Below are positions 46,739 to 56,700 of a DNA stretch of 64,000 nucleotides, piece after piece. How positions within the stretch are numbered: position 1 is the stretch's first letter; every line of letters starts with the position of its first letter. Origin of the DNA: Leptonemataceae bacterium. Lineage in GTDB: Bacteria; Spirochaetota; Leptospiria; Leptospirales; Leptonemataceae. The notes below the pieces were generated by a model, which had not been told where the DNA came from, did no database searches, and saw only the letters and a program-made list of their open reading frames with translations. The stretch covers positions 2,624,001 through 2,688,000 of the forward strand of contig OZ245742.1 of the NCBI GenBank assembly GCA_965227295.1, read 5' to 3'. The translations under genes and the position numbers were made by a program.

Positions 46739-48040
46739 ATGAACAATCACAACGAAATCAACCGCAAAGACTTTCTGAAGGCTTCCGGCCTGCTGTCCCT
46801 GGGAGCGGTCTTTTCCGGGGCGCTCACGCCCGAGAAACTTTTCGGCGCGCCGGAGCACGGCAAGCCCGAGGACATTCGCATCGATTCGCCGGTGAAGAGC
46901 GTGATCTTCATCAACCTGGCCGGCGGTGCGTCCCACGTGGACTCCTTCGATCCGAAGCCGGGCAACGGCCCGTTTAAGAACATCGCCACGAGCATGCGCG
47001 GCGTTCGTTTTTCGGATCGTCTGCCCAATCTTGCCAAACAGGCGAAACACGCGGCCCTGGTGCGCTCGGTGCACTCCGAGGAAGGCGATCACGGCCGCGC
47101 CCAGTACCTGCTGCACAGCGGTCACCGCATGATGGCGGGTTTTCGTTCACAGCCGTCGGTGGGTTCGGTCATCGCCTACGCTAAACAGAAACCTGGTAGC
47201 TATTTCCCGGGGCATGTTACGCTCGGCGGCAAGGGCAACCTGGCGGGCGAGAGCGGTTTTCTCGGCGTGCGCTTCGACAGCTTTCACATCGGCAACGTCG
47301 ATCGACCGCTGGCAAACATGACGCCGTACGACAAACGCCTCACGCAGGATCGGTACTATCGTCGCGAGCAGATCCTCGACGCCGTGAACGCGAGTTTCGC
47401 CGGCCGGGTATCGTCGCAGCAAACGGCGGTGTGGTCCGAGATGCACGAGTCGGCCCTGGAGTTCATGAACTCCGACGAACTCAAAGTCTTCGATCTCGCT
47501 CAAGAAAAAGAGAGCGTGCGCAAACGTTTCGGCGACAGTAAGATGGGCAAGTCGTTGCTGATGGCGAAGCGCCTGGCCGAAGCGGAGGTCCCGTTCATCG
47601 AAATCACCCACGGCGGCTGGGATACGCACAACAACAACCGCGATCGTCTCACCAAACTCCTGGGCGAGATCGACGGGCCCATCGCCGCGCTCATTGCCGA
47701 ACTGGAAGCCACCGGTCTCGCGAAACAAACGCTGTACGTGGTGGGCAGCGAGTTCGGCCGCACGCCGGTGATCGCCGGCAACGGTGACGGTCGTGATCAT
47801 CACCCGCGCGCCTGGTCCATGTTGATGGGCGGCGGCAATATTCCGAAGGGCGCGGTGATCGGCGAGACCGACGAGAAAGGACACACACCGAAAAAAGATC
47901 CGGCGCACCTTTCGGCGATGGTGGCGACGATGTACGCCGCGGCGGGCGTCGATCCCCAGGCGGCCATCTACACCGGTCAGGGGCGGCCCATGCAGCTCGT
48001 CACGAAGCATGTGCCGATTCCAGGCTTAGTTGATTACTGA
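46739..48040 (+). CDS. DUF1501 domain protein
   Basis: Tat-like NRKDFLK, GGASHVDSFDPKP, GGWDTH, SEFGRTP, GRDHHP. Confidence 0.9.
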   Translation: MNNHNEINRKDFLKASGLLSLGAVFSGALTPEKLFGAPEHGKPEDIRIDSPVKSVIFINLAGGASHVDSFDPKPGNGPFKNIATSMRGVRFSDRLPNLAKQAKHAALVRSVHSEEGDHGRAQYLLHSGHRMMAGFRSQPSVGSVIAYAKQKPGSYFPGHVTLGGKGNLAGESGFLGVRFDSFHIGNVDRPLANMTPYDKRLTQDRYYRREQILDAVNASFAGRVSSQQTAVWSEMHESALEFMNSDELKVFDLAQEKESVRKRFGDSKMGKSLLMAKRLAEAEVPFIEITHGGWDTHNNNRDRLTKLLGEIDGPIAALIAELEATGLAKQTLYVVGSEFGRTPVIAGNGDGRDHHPRAWSMLMGGGNIPKGAVIGETDEKGHTPKKDPAHLSAMVATMYAAAGVDPQAAIYTGQGRPMQLVTKHVPIPGLVDY

Positions 48041-48050
48041 ATAACTCTCG

Positions 48051-48154
48051 GCCACAGAGGCACAGAGAACACAGAGGAAGAAGTTATGGGGTTTGATCTG
48101 AGTGTGATTCGTCTAAACATATTCTTAACTCTGTGTGCTCTGTGCCTCTGTGGC
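48051..48154. repeat. Inverted pair of CAGAG-triplet REP-like elements
   Basis: GCCACAGAGGCACAGAGAACACAGAG ... CTCTGTGTGCTCTGTGCCTCTGTGGC. Confidence 0.8.
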
Positions 48155-48340
48155 AATGGGATGTTCATCGCGTGCACGAATACCGAACGGCAATCTCCGC
48201 CGCCGGAGCCGGAACCGGCTAAACGTTCGTTCCAGGAATGTTACGACGAATGCGTAAAGATCAACATGCCGCGGGCTGTGGCCTGGGAATTGATCGAAGG
48301 CGACTGCGAACGCGCGTGCCGGCAGGAAGTCGGGGAGTGA
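48086..48340 (+). CDS. Small Cys-containing putative lipoprotein
   Basis: GAGG upstream; FIAC lipobox-like; CYDEC..CERAC. Confidence 0.55.
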   Translation: MGFDLSVIRLNIFLTLCALCLCGNGMFIACTNTERQSPPPEPEPAKRSFQECYDECVKINMPRAVAWELIEGDCERACRQEVGE

Positions 48341-49028
48341 CCGGACGTCGGTTCGCAACTCAACTATCGTTGCGTATCCTCCGACGAAGACGCCGGGGAC
48401 TTATGCTTTCCGCGACGCCACTTACTCCACGATTCGGGGCGTCTTTAAACCACCCGAACGTTGTCGGTAGTTCAAGAGCTGTGGTTCGCGGCGTTTATCG
48501 TGAGACACACAAGGTAAGTCGCGCAATGGATAAGGGATTGATTTGGCTACGGCTGAGCGGGAGTTGTGGAATTTCGTTTTGCTAACATCGTCCGCATCGA
48601 CCCGGACGTCGGTTTGCAACTCAGCTACCGTAGTGTTTCTTACGGCGAAGACGCCGTTCCGGTGCGCCTTACCACATTCCCCGGCATGACCTCCGCTCGT
48701 GAGCTGGAACCAGCCTTGACCATAAGAGTGTGAATCCTAACTGGCCGCAACTTACATCACGATCCGGGGCGTACTCGAACGAATAAAACTTTCCGGTAGT
48801 TCAAGAGCTTTGATTCGCGGCGTTTGCCGTGAACCACAGGAAGTACGTCGCAGAAGTGGAAGGGGATTTTTTGGCTACAGCTTTGCGGGAGTTGTGGTGT
48901 GTCGTTTTACTAAGAATGCGGCGTTCGACCCGGACGCTGTTTGTGCGCTCAGTCCCCGGCATGACCTGCATCCGTCAACTGGAACCAGTTGTTTCCAAAA
49001 AAGATTAATTTACATTGGACGCGACTTA
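48341..49028. repeat. Degenerate non-coding tandem repeat, unit about 330 bp, with internal deletions
   Basis: Shared blocks CACGATyCGGGGCGT, CGGTAGTTCAAGAGCT, TTCGCGGCGTTT, GCGGGAGTTGTGG, TCGACCCGGACG, TCCCCGGCATGACCT, CTGGAACCAG. Confidence 0.8.
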
Positions 49029-49039
49029 ACGTGGTGTAC

Positions 49040-50398
49040 TCAGCCCCGCACTTCCAGACGCATCGGCATTCCGTTCAGTAAGTTCAACGTAGAACCCGTG
49101 GCGAACTGCGGCTCGTGATCCGCGCGGTGCGTGAGCCGAAAATTCTTGAGGATGGCACCGAGGATCATGGGTCCTTCGAGCATGGCCAGGTTCTTGCCGA
49201 TGCATACGCGCGGGCCGCCGATGAACGGCACGTACGCGAAACGATGGCGTCGTTGAGCGTTCTCGGGAATAAAACGATCCGGATCGAACCGTAGCGGATC
49301 TTCCCAGTACTCCGGGCTGCGCTGCACGCCCCAGATGGAAACCAGAATCACCGATCCCTCGGGCAGCACGAAGTCTTGCCACGGCGTGTCCCGGAGCGGA
49401 GTGCGATTGACCATGTAGGCCGGTGGATACAAACGCATGGCCTCCGAAAACGCGCGGGTTACCGCATCGAGGCTTCGCGTTTCTTCCGTGTTGGGAATCG
49501 ATCCGGCGATGCGCCGGTCCGCCTCGGCTTCGACCTGTTCGCGAATGGTCGGATTTTCGGAGAGCAGGCGCAACGTCATCGTCATGGCGATGGACGTGGT
49601 ATCGTAGCCCGCGAAGAAGATGGTCATGAGTTCATCGCGAATGTTTTCGTTGCTCATGGTGGCGCCGGTTTCTTCGTCCCTGGCGTCGATCATCATCGAA
49701 AGCAGATCCGTTTTCGTCGAAGTGCCTTCGTTGCGTCGCGCGTTGATGAGATCGTTCAACAAGGACTTGAGTTCCTGCATGGCCCGGCGTACGTTGGGCT
49801 TCAACAGGTAAGCCACCGGCAGCGGTAGCGGCATCGGAGAAAAGAACCGGCGAATGCAGAACTCGGACAAGATGTTGAAGTTCTGGAAGAGGGTGTCGGC
49901 GTGTTCCATGCCGTCGCCGGAAAACAGGCTGCGCAGAATCACGCGCAACGTGGTGCGTTTCATTTCGGCGTTGATGTCCAGTTCTTCGCCGCTGCGATCT
50001 TTCCAGCCCATCACCACTTCTTTCACCGCGGCGTGAATGTGATGCTCGAAGCTCTTCACCGCCGATTGCGAAAAGTAAGGATTCATGAGTTTGCGTTGTC
50101 GCCGCCAGTGCGCTCCGTTGCTGAGAACGAGGCCTTTGCCGAGCAACGGCGTAAAGCGATCGTTCTGCGCGCCCTTGGTGAATGTCCGCTCCGACTCCAC
50201 GAGCAGGAACTGAATGAGATCCGCGTCGGTGGCGAGATAGATGTTCAGGCCCGGAACCGGAACGCGCACCAGGCCGCCGTACTCCGCGCTGAGGCGATCG
50301 GCCAGGCCGAGGATGTCGCGCTGCATCTCCGGCGCGTAACCGAGGGGAAAACGATTGGGGGGCGCGGGAATTTTGAGGGGAGCGGTGATCGTGGACAC
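49040..50398 (-). CDS. Cytochrome P450
   Basis: AGYDTT, EAMRLYPP, FDPDRF, PFIGGPRVCIG. Confidence 0.95.
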   Translation of the reverse strand: MSTITAPLKIPAPPNRFPLGYAPEMQRDILGLADRLSAEYGGLVRVPVPGLNIYLATDADLIQFLLVESERTFTKGAQNDRFTPLLGKGLVLSNGAHWRRQRKLMNPYFSQSAVKSFEHHIHAAVKEVVMGWKDRSGEELDINAEMKRTTLRVILRSLFSGDGMEHADTLFQNFNILSEFCIRRFFSPMPLPLPVAYLLKPNVRRAMQELKSLLNDLINARRNEGTSTKTDLLSMMIDARDEETGATMSNENIRDELMTIFFAGYDTTSIAMTMTLRLLSENPTIREQVEAEADRRIAGSIPNTEETRSLDAVTRAFSEAMRLYPPAYMVNRTPLRDTPWQDFVLPEGSVILVSIWGVQRSPEYWEDPLRFDPDRFIPENAQRRHRFAYVPFIGGPRVCIGKNLAMLEGPMILGAILKNFRLTHRADHEPQFATGSTLNLLNGMPMRLEVRG

Positions 50399-50581
50399 TC
50401 ACCTATGCTTTGATTTCAGGGAAATGGGGCAAGTAAATAATTACGAAACCGCCTAAACGATCATTTAAAATTACTTAGCCGTAACCGTGGGATTTCAGCC
50501 CGGCCGCGGACACCCCGGAAATGAAGCCGGGGCCTCCGAAAAAGTCTCGCATCCCGGCGGACTCTTTCGTATAAGTATCTC

Positions 50582-51250
50582 ATGAACCATCGATTGCTCT
50601 TTATTCTTCTGGCGCTTTCCCTGGCGCTGCCCGTGGCAAACTGCCGGACGCCGAAGGTCGGCTGTACCGCCGGCAACTGTAAGACCGGCGTGGGCAGCTA
50701 TCGTTATCCGAACGGCGACGTGTACCAGGGCGGCTGGAAAGACGGCATGCCCAACGGCCGCGGCACGTACAAATATGCGGACGGTGGAAGTTACGAGGGC
50801 CTCTTTAAGAACGGCGAACGTCACGGTCGGGGCGAACTTTTTTTCCCGAACGGCGACGCCTACAGCGGCGAATTCTCCGACGGTAAGATGCACGGCAAGG
50901 GCGAGTACCGCTTCGCCGACGGCAAGGTCTATACCGGAACCATCATCGAAGGTAAGCTGAACGGCCTCGGCAAAATCGAGTACGCAAACGGAGACGTTTA
51001 CACCGGACCGGTGGAAGAGGGCAAGGCCCACGGCCAGGGCGAGCTGAAGTTATCCGGCGGGGCCGTGTATAAGGGCGACTTCGTGAACGGCGTGCGCGAG
51101 GGCAGCGGCGTCATGACCTGGCCGGACGGTGAGAAGTACACCGGCGAGTTCAAGAACAACATGCGCAACGGCCAGGGCACCTACATCAAAGCCGACGGCA
51201 CCGTCGAGAAGGGCCTCTGGGTGAACGACATCTACGTCACGACGGAGTAA
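50582..51250 (+). CDS. MORN-repeat lipoprotein
   Basis: Signal peptide plus Cys; repeated GD.Y.G.(F/W)..G..HG.G.Y. Confidence 0.9.
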   Translation: MNHRLLFILLALSLALPVANCRTPKVGCTAGNCKTGVGSYRYPNGDVYQGGWKDGMPNGRGTYKYADGGSYEGLFKNGERHGRGELFFPNGDAYSGEFSDGKMHGKGEYRFADGKVYTGTIIEGKLNGLGKIEYANGDVYTGPVEEGKAHGQGELKLSGGAVYKGDFVNGVREGSGVMTWPDGEKYTGEFKNNMRNGQGTYIKADGTVEKGLWVNDIYVTTE

Positions 51251-51263
51251 AAACGGTAAGGTC

Positions 51264-51332
51264 ACTCCGAGGACCGAGAGACCGAGACGAAATGACTCTC
51301 CCAAACTTCCTCGGTCCCTCGGCCCTCGGAGT
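51264..51332. repeat. Inverted pair of CCGAG-triplet REP-like elements
   Basis: ACTCCGAGGACCGAGAGACCGAG ... CTCGGTCCCTCGGCCCTCGGAGT. Confidence 0.75.
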
Positions 51333-51347
51333 CAGATATCTCTTCCC

Positions 51348-51887
51348 ATGTCCGTTCACGAAGTTTACACCGACGCGCCCTCGCCGCCGCCCGCCGGCCT
51401 GCCCGCGCCAGACGAAATCGCTAACATCACACAAACGATTCTTAACGAACACCTGCGCCGCGACGATCTACACGACGCGGGCCTCGTCTTCCTGATCAAC
51501 GTCCTCATCGTCGATGACGCGGAAATCTCCGCCGTAAACGCCGAACATCGCGGCAAACATCGAGCCACCGACGTCCTCAGTTTTCCCATGCTGGACTTTC
51601 CAAACGGGCCCGGCACTTCCGCGCTTCGCGGCGACACGGGCGCGCTGCGCGAACTCGCCGCGGCGTTTCCGGGGCCCGGCGGGGCGATTCATCTCGGCGA
51701 CGTCATGATCTCCCACGAAACCTGTACGCGCCAGGCCGCGGAGATCGGCCACGGCGTGCGCGACGAATTTCTGCGTCTGCTCGTGCACGGCGTGTTGCAT
51801 CTGTTCGGCTACGATCACGAGACGTCCGCCGCAGACGAACAACGCATGCGCGCCCGGGAAGACGAGTTGCATGCCTTAATTGAATAA
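51348..51887 (+). CDS. ybeY: rRNA maturation RNase YbeY
   Basis: N..HRGK..ATDVLSFP, LGDVMIS, HGVLHLFGYDH. Confidence 0.95.
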   Translation: MSVHEVYTDAPSPPPAGLPAPDEIANITQTILNEHLRRDDLHDAGLVFLINVLIVDDAEISAVNAEHRGKHRATDVLSFPMLDFPNGPGTSALRGDTGALRELAAAFPGPGGAIHLGDVMISHETCTRQAAEIGHGVRDEFLRLLVHGVLHLFGYDHETSAADEQRMRAREDELHALIE

Positions 51888-51896
51888 ATTGGAAAG

Positions 51897-52406
51897 TTAC
51901 TCCGGATCGTCCGGGAACAGGTCCGCGAGAAAAAACGCGGCCAGATCGCTGCGTCCGGTCATGCCGGACTTTTCATAGATCACCGTCGTTTGATTGCGCA
52001 CGGTACGTTCGCTCTTGTCGTGCAGTCCGGCGATTTGTTTCAGGGAGTAGCCGCGGATCAGTGCGTCGGCAATTCGCTTTTCCGTTTCCGAAAACTTCCA
52101 GCGCTCGAACTGATCCTGCATGGCCTGACGCATGCCCTCGATGGAATCCGCGTGCCGCGAACGAAATTCGGCGAATTCACGTTGCGTGCGTTGCAGACTG
52201 TCGGCGCCGCGCCGGAGCCGCACCTGAAAACCCGACCATAACAGAATCAGCGAAACCAGCGCCGCGCCCAGCATGATCGCTTCGATGATGATGTGCAGAT
52301 CGATCTCGCCGTGTTCCAGAGTGTCCAGAACCACGTCCACGATCGCAAACAGCACGAACATCGTCGTAAAAAACGTAAACCAGAAGCGTATCCTTCGATC
52401 GACCAT
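51897..52406 (-). CDS. Membrane-anchored LuxR-type HTH regulator
   Basis: 2 TMs; FSETEKRIA..GYSLKQIA..SERTVRNQ..IYEKSG..GRSDL. Confidence 0.85.
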   Translation of the reverse strand: MVDRRIRFWFTFFTTMFVLFAIVDVVLDTLEHGEIDLHIIIEAIMLGAALVSLILLWSGFQVRLRRGADSLQRTQREFAEFRSRHADSIEGMRQAMQDQFERWKFSETEKRIADALIRGYSLKQIAGLHDKSERTVRNQTTVIYEKSGMTGRSDLAAFFLADLFPDDPE

Positions 52407-52441
52407 CCCGACCTCGCCTGACCTGCCGGAAAACCGCCCTC

Positions 52442-52491
52442 GGGACATCCGTCCTATTGCATCGGCGCTTTCTCCGGCGTATGTTTCGTCC
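52442..52491 (+). promoter_or_regulatory. Putative operator plus leaderless sigma70 promoter of the tolC-RND operon
   Basis: Imperfect palindrome GGGACATCCGTCCT just upstream of TTGCAT-N17-TATGTT-N6-ATG. Confidence 0.5.
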
Positions 52492-53766
52492 ATGAAAGTG
52501 AACCGGAGCCGTTGCGCCATTCTGTTTTCATTGGCTATGATGATCGCCGTGCCGTTGCACGCGGACCAGGTCTCGCCGCCGCGTCCGCGCCTGGACGCCG
52601 TCGCCGCGGCGGACCAGGCCCTGGGACGCCTCGAGATCGTGCGCGCCGAAGAACTATGGAACGAGGAACTGCGCATCGCCGCGGAGTACGCCGGGCAGTG
52701 GCGCAATCCTTCGGTGGAGTTCGGTGCCGGACGACGGCACAGCGCCGGGAGTCTCTTCGAAGACGGCGGCAGCGGGCCGGCGTTCTCCGTCACCGTCAGC
52801 CAGCCGTTGTACTTTCCGGGTAAGAGCGCGCGCCGGGAAGAGTTGATCGAGGCGCAGCGTCGCCTCGCCGCACTAAGCATAGAAGAAAAAAAGTTAGTGA
52901 TTCGCTACAGAATCATCCGCCTCGCCTACGAACATGCGTCGGCGGAGCGCCTGCACGAACTGGCCGGGCGTCGCGTGCGCCGCTTTCGTCTCATGGAACG
53001 TTTTCTTGCTGGACGACGTGCCGTGAGTCCGGCCCGGCGTACCGAGCGGGACATCGTGCGGCGGCGGCTGCGCATCCTGGAACGCGGGCTGCACGAAATC
53101 GAGGTGGGCCGCAACGTCCTGCGCCGCCGTCTCGCCCTCTACACCGGTGACGACCTGGACGTTACGGTGCGCTGGCCGTTGCGCGGCATTGTCCTCGAGC
53201 GTGATGTGCTCATGCAACGTGCATTGCAGCAGAGCCCGCGTTACCTGAAAGAACGAGCCCGCTCCGCCGAACTCGCCGCGGAGTTACGCCTGGCCGAACG
53301 CGAGGCCTATCCGGACATGGAAGTCTTCGCCACCCTGGAAAACGCGCCGGCCGAACAGTACGTCGGGGCCGGCCTGCGTTTTGCGATTCCCCTGTTTGAT
53401 CGCAATCAATCTACAACGCGCCGCCTGGAAGTCCGCCGGGATGCGGCGCAACTGCGAACGCAATTCGCGGAGCGGGAACTGCGGGAGCTTCTGGAGATCG
53501 CCTGCATCGAGTTCGAGCACAGCCTGGAGGCGCTGCAAACATTTCCACTAACATTAGAAAATATAACATTAAAAGAGATGGATGCCGTCGACCTGGGCTT
53601 TCGCCGGGGCCGCGTCGACCTCCTGCCGTATCTGGAAGCAGACGAGCAGGCCTTTGAAACGTTGCGGGCCGTCTACGCGGTGCGCCTGGACTACATCCAC
53701 AACTACACGGAACTGCTCATGCTCTCCGGCGATTCGCGCTTTATATACGAGGAGGCCGCAGAATGA
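52492..53766 (+). CDS. TolC/CzcC-family outer-membrane efflux protein
   Basis: Signal peptide, NPSVEFG, VSQPLYFPGK, IPLFDRNQ. Confidence 0.85.
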   Translation: MKVNRSRCAILFSLAMMIAVPLHADQVSPPRPRLDAVAAADQALGRLEIVRAEELWNEELRIAAEYAGQWRNPSVEFGAGRRHSAGSLFEDGGSGPAFSVTVSQPLYFPGKSARREELIEAQRRLAALSIEEKKLVIRYRIIRLAYEHASAERLHELAGRRVRRFRLMERFLAGRRAVSPARRTERDIVRRRLRILERGLHEIEVGRNVLRRRLALYTGDDLDVTVRWPLRGIVLERDVLMQRALQQSPRYLKERARSAELAAELRLAEREAYPDMEVFATLENAPAEQYVGAGLRFAIPLFDRNQSTTRRLEVRRDAAQLRTQFAERELRELLEIACIEFEHSLEALQTFPLTLENITLKEMDAVDLGFRRGRVDLLPYLEADEQAFETLRAVYAVRLDYIHNYTELLMLSGDSRFIYEEAAE

Positions 53767-56700
53767 ATCGGCTCGTTACATTTTCCCTGCACAACCGCCC
53801 GTTCGTGTTCGGAGCGACGTTGCTCATCGCGCTCGCCGGAATGTACTTCGCGTTGCATTTGCCCGTCGACGCCGTGCCGGACATTACCGGCGTGCAGGTC
53901 GTCGTGAATACGGAAACCGGAGCCATGGATCCCGCCCAGGTCGAAAGTTCGGTTACGTATCCCATCGAAACGGAACTCGCCGGATTGCCCGGTGTCACCG
54001 AGGTTCGTTCGTTATCCCGCTTCGGATTATCCCAGGTCGTGGCGACGTTCCGGGAGGGGACGGACATCTATCATGCGCGGACGTTGACGGCGCAGCGATT
54101 GCAGAGTGCGCGCGAGGCCTTACCGGGCGGCGCATCACCGGAGCTCGGTCCCATCGCCACGGGACTCGGCGAAGTTTTTCTCTACGTACTCAGCGCGAAA
54201 GAGGGCAGCGCGCTCGCGCAGAAGAGCGAAAGCGAACGCCTGTTGTACCTGCGAACGGTGCAGGACTTCACGGTCAAGCCGTACCTCAAGGCGCGCATTC
54301 CGAACATCGCCGAGATCGATACCATCGGCGGCTACAAAAAAGAAATACACGTGGAGTTCGTGCCGTCTCGTCTCGCGCAAGTCGGTGTCACCCTCGAACA
54401 ACTGAGCGACGCCCTCGAAACCATCGGTGAAAACTTCGGCGGCGGCACCATTCAGCGGGATGGTCGCAATATCATCGTACGCACGAACGGTCTCGTGGAC
54501 GATCTCGCCGTCGTTCGCAGTACCGCGGTCTCGCTCAACGTCTACGGCGCGCCGATCCGCGTGGGAGATGTGGCCGCCGTACGCGAGAGTCACGTGCAAC
54601 GTACCGGAGCCGCCACGTACAACGGCGAAGAGACCGTGCTCGGTACGGTGCTTATGTTGCTCGGCGCGAATTCCCGCGACGTCGCCCTGGCCGCGCGGGA
54701 GGCGGCGGCGCAGGTACCGTTGCCGCCGGATGTCGAACTCGTGCCGGTCTACTCCCGCGACTACCTGGTCACGACGACCATCGGTACGGTGCTGAAGAAT
54801 CTCGGCGAGGGTGCCGCGCTGGTCATCCTTGTCCTGTTCTTGATCCTCGGACACTTTCGCGCGGCGTTGATCGTGTCCCTGGCGATTCCGTTGTCGATGC
54901 TGGTGGCGGCCGCGGGAATGTTTCGCTACGAAATCTCGGCGAACCTCATGAGCCTCGGCGCCCTGGACTTCGGTCTGCTCGTGGACGCCTCGGTGGTGAT
55001 CATCGAGAACGTACTGCGTCGCCTGGAGGAGGAACCGCAGTTGGCCGAAGCACCGCTCGCCGAAAAGATCGACGCGGTCGGCCGGGCCTGTCGCGAGGTG
55101 GTGCGCCCCGTTAGCTTCGGATTACTAATTATTATGGCGGTGTACGTACCGATTCTCGGTCTCGAAGGCATCGAAGGCAAAATGTTCCGTCCCATGGCGT
55201 TGACGGTACTCATGGCCCTCGGCGCCTCCCTGGTAACGGCCCTGGGTCTCATGCCGGCTCTCGCGCTCACGTTTTTGTTGCATCGGCCGCGGCGAGCTCA
55301 CAAAGAACCGGTCCTGTTGCGTTACGCGAAGGCGGCATACCGGCCGCTTCTCGATCTCAGCCTCCGCCGCCCGCTGTTTATTCTGCTACCCACGGTATTG
55401 ATCGGCGTGCTGAGCGTCTTCGCCTTCCTCGGCCTCGGCGCGGCCTTTGTTCCACGCCTCGGCGAGGGTGATCTGCTCGTAAGTTTCGTGCGGGACTCGG
55501 GCATGTCGCTCCGCCGTAGCATCGAACTCCAAAAGAAAAGTGAGGAGATCTTAAGCAGTTACCCGGAAATCGAGCGGGTGTTCGCCCGCATCGGGACGGC
55601 GGAGTCGGCCACGGATCCCATGGGCGTTTATATGGGCGATACCTTCGCGATTCTGGAGAAAGATACATCGCGCTGGCGGCCGGGAGTGAGCCTGGAAGAT
55701 CTGCGCGCGGAACTCCGCGCGAAACTCGGCGCGGAGGTGCCGGGCCAGGAGATTACGGTGTCCCAGCCCATCGAGTTTCGGTTCAACGAATTGCTGGAGG
55801 GCAGCCGCGCCGACGTCAACGTAAGGATCTTCGGGCGTAACTTAGAGAGTCTGTTTCAATACCAGGAGCAGGCCCGGGAGTTGCTCGCGAATCTGCCCGG
55901 CGTGGAAGCCGCGGAACTGGACGCCATTACGGCGCTGCGGCGGGGACCGTTGCTCGATATTCGTTTGCGCACCGACGTGTTGCCCCGGTACGGATTGCAG
56001 TCGCGGCACGTGAACCATGCCCTGGAAACCGCCATGGGCGGCCGGCGTGTCGGATCGTTTTACGAAGAAGACCGGCGTTTTCCCATCGTCGTGCGCCTGG
56101 CCCCGGAGTTGCGCCGGCAGAGCGCGGCGCTGCGCAGCATTCCGGTCTCCCTGGGAGACGGCGGAACAGCCCCGCTCGGAGAACTCACCACGGTCAGCGA
56201 GCACGAGGGCATCGTGAATATTGCCCGCAACGGGGCGCGGCGTTACGCGGCGGTGGCCGTAGAACTGAACGCCCGGGGCAATGCGAACGTTCTCGACTTC
56301 GTGGAGCGCGCCCGCCGGGAACTGGACGACAAACTGCAACTCCCTGAAGGTTACTACACGGAGTGGGGCGGTCAGTTCCGCAACCTCGAACGCGCCCGGG
56401 CGCGCTTAACGGTCGTGGTGCCGGTGGTGATGATCGTAATCTTTATTCTGATTCTGCGCAACACCGGCAGTCTGCGCCAGACGGCGTTGATCTTTTTGAG
56501 CGTGCCGTTGGCGTTGTCCGGCGGCATCCTCGCGTTGTACCTGCGCGGCATCGAGTTCAGTGTCTCGGCGACGGTGGGATGCATCGCGCTCTCGGGCATT
56601 GCGATCCTGAACGCCATGGTGATGGTGTCGTTCTTCAATCAACTGTTGCGGGAGGGCGCGAGTCCGGAGGAGGCCGTGCGCCGGGGAGCCCTCACGCGTC

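Noticed and set aside
48341..49028. Possible CRISPR array
   Set aside because: No constant 25-45-bp repeat with unique spacers; the linkers are homologous between copies; no cas genes
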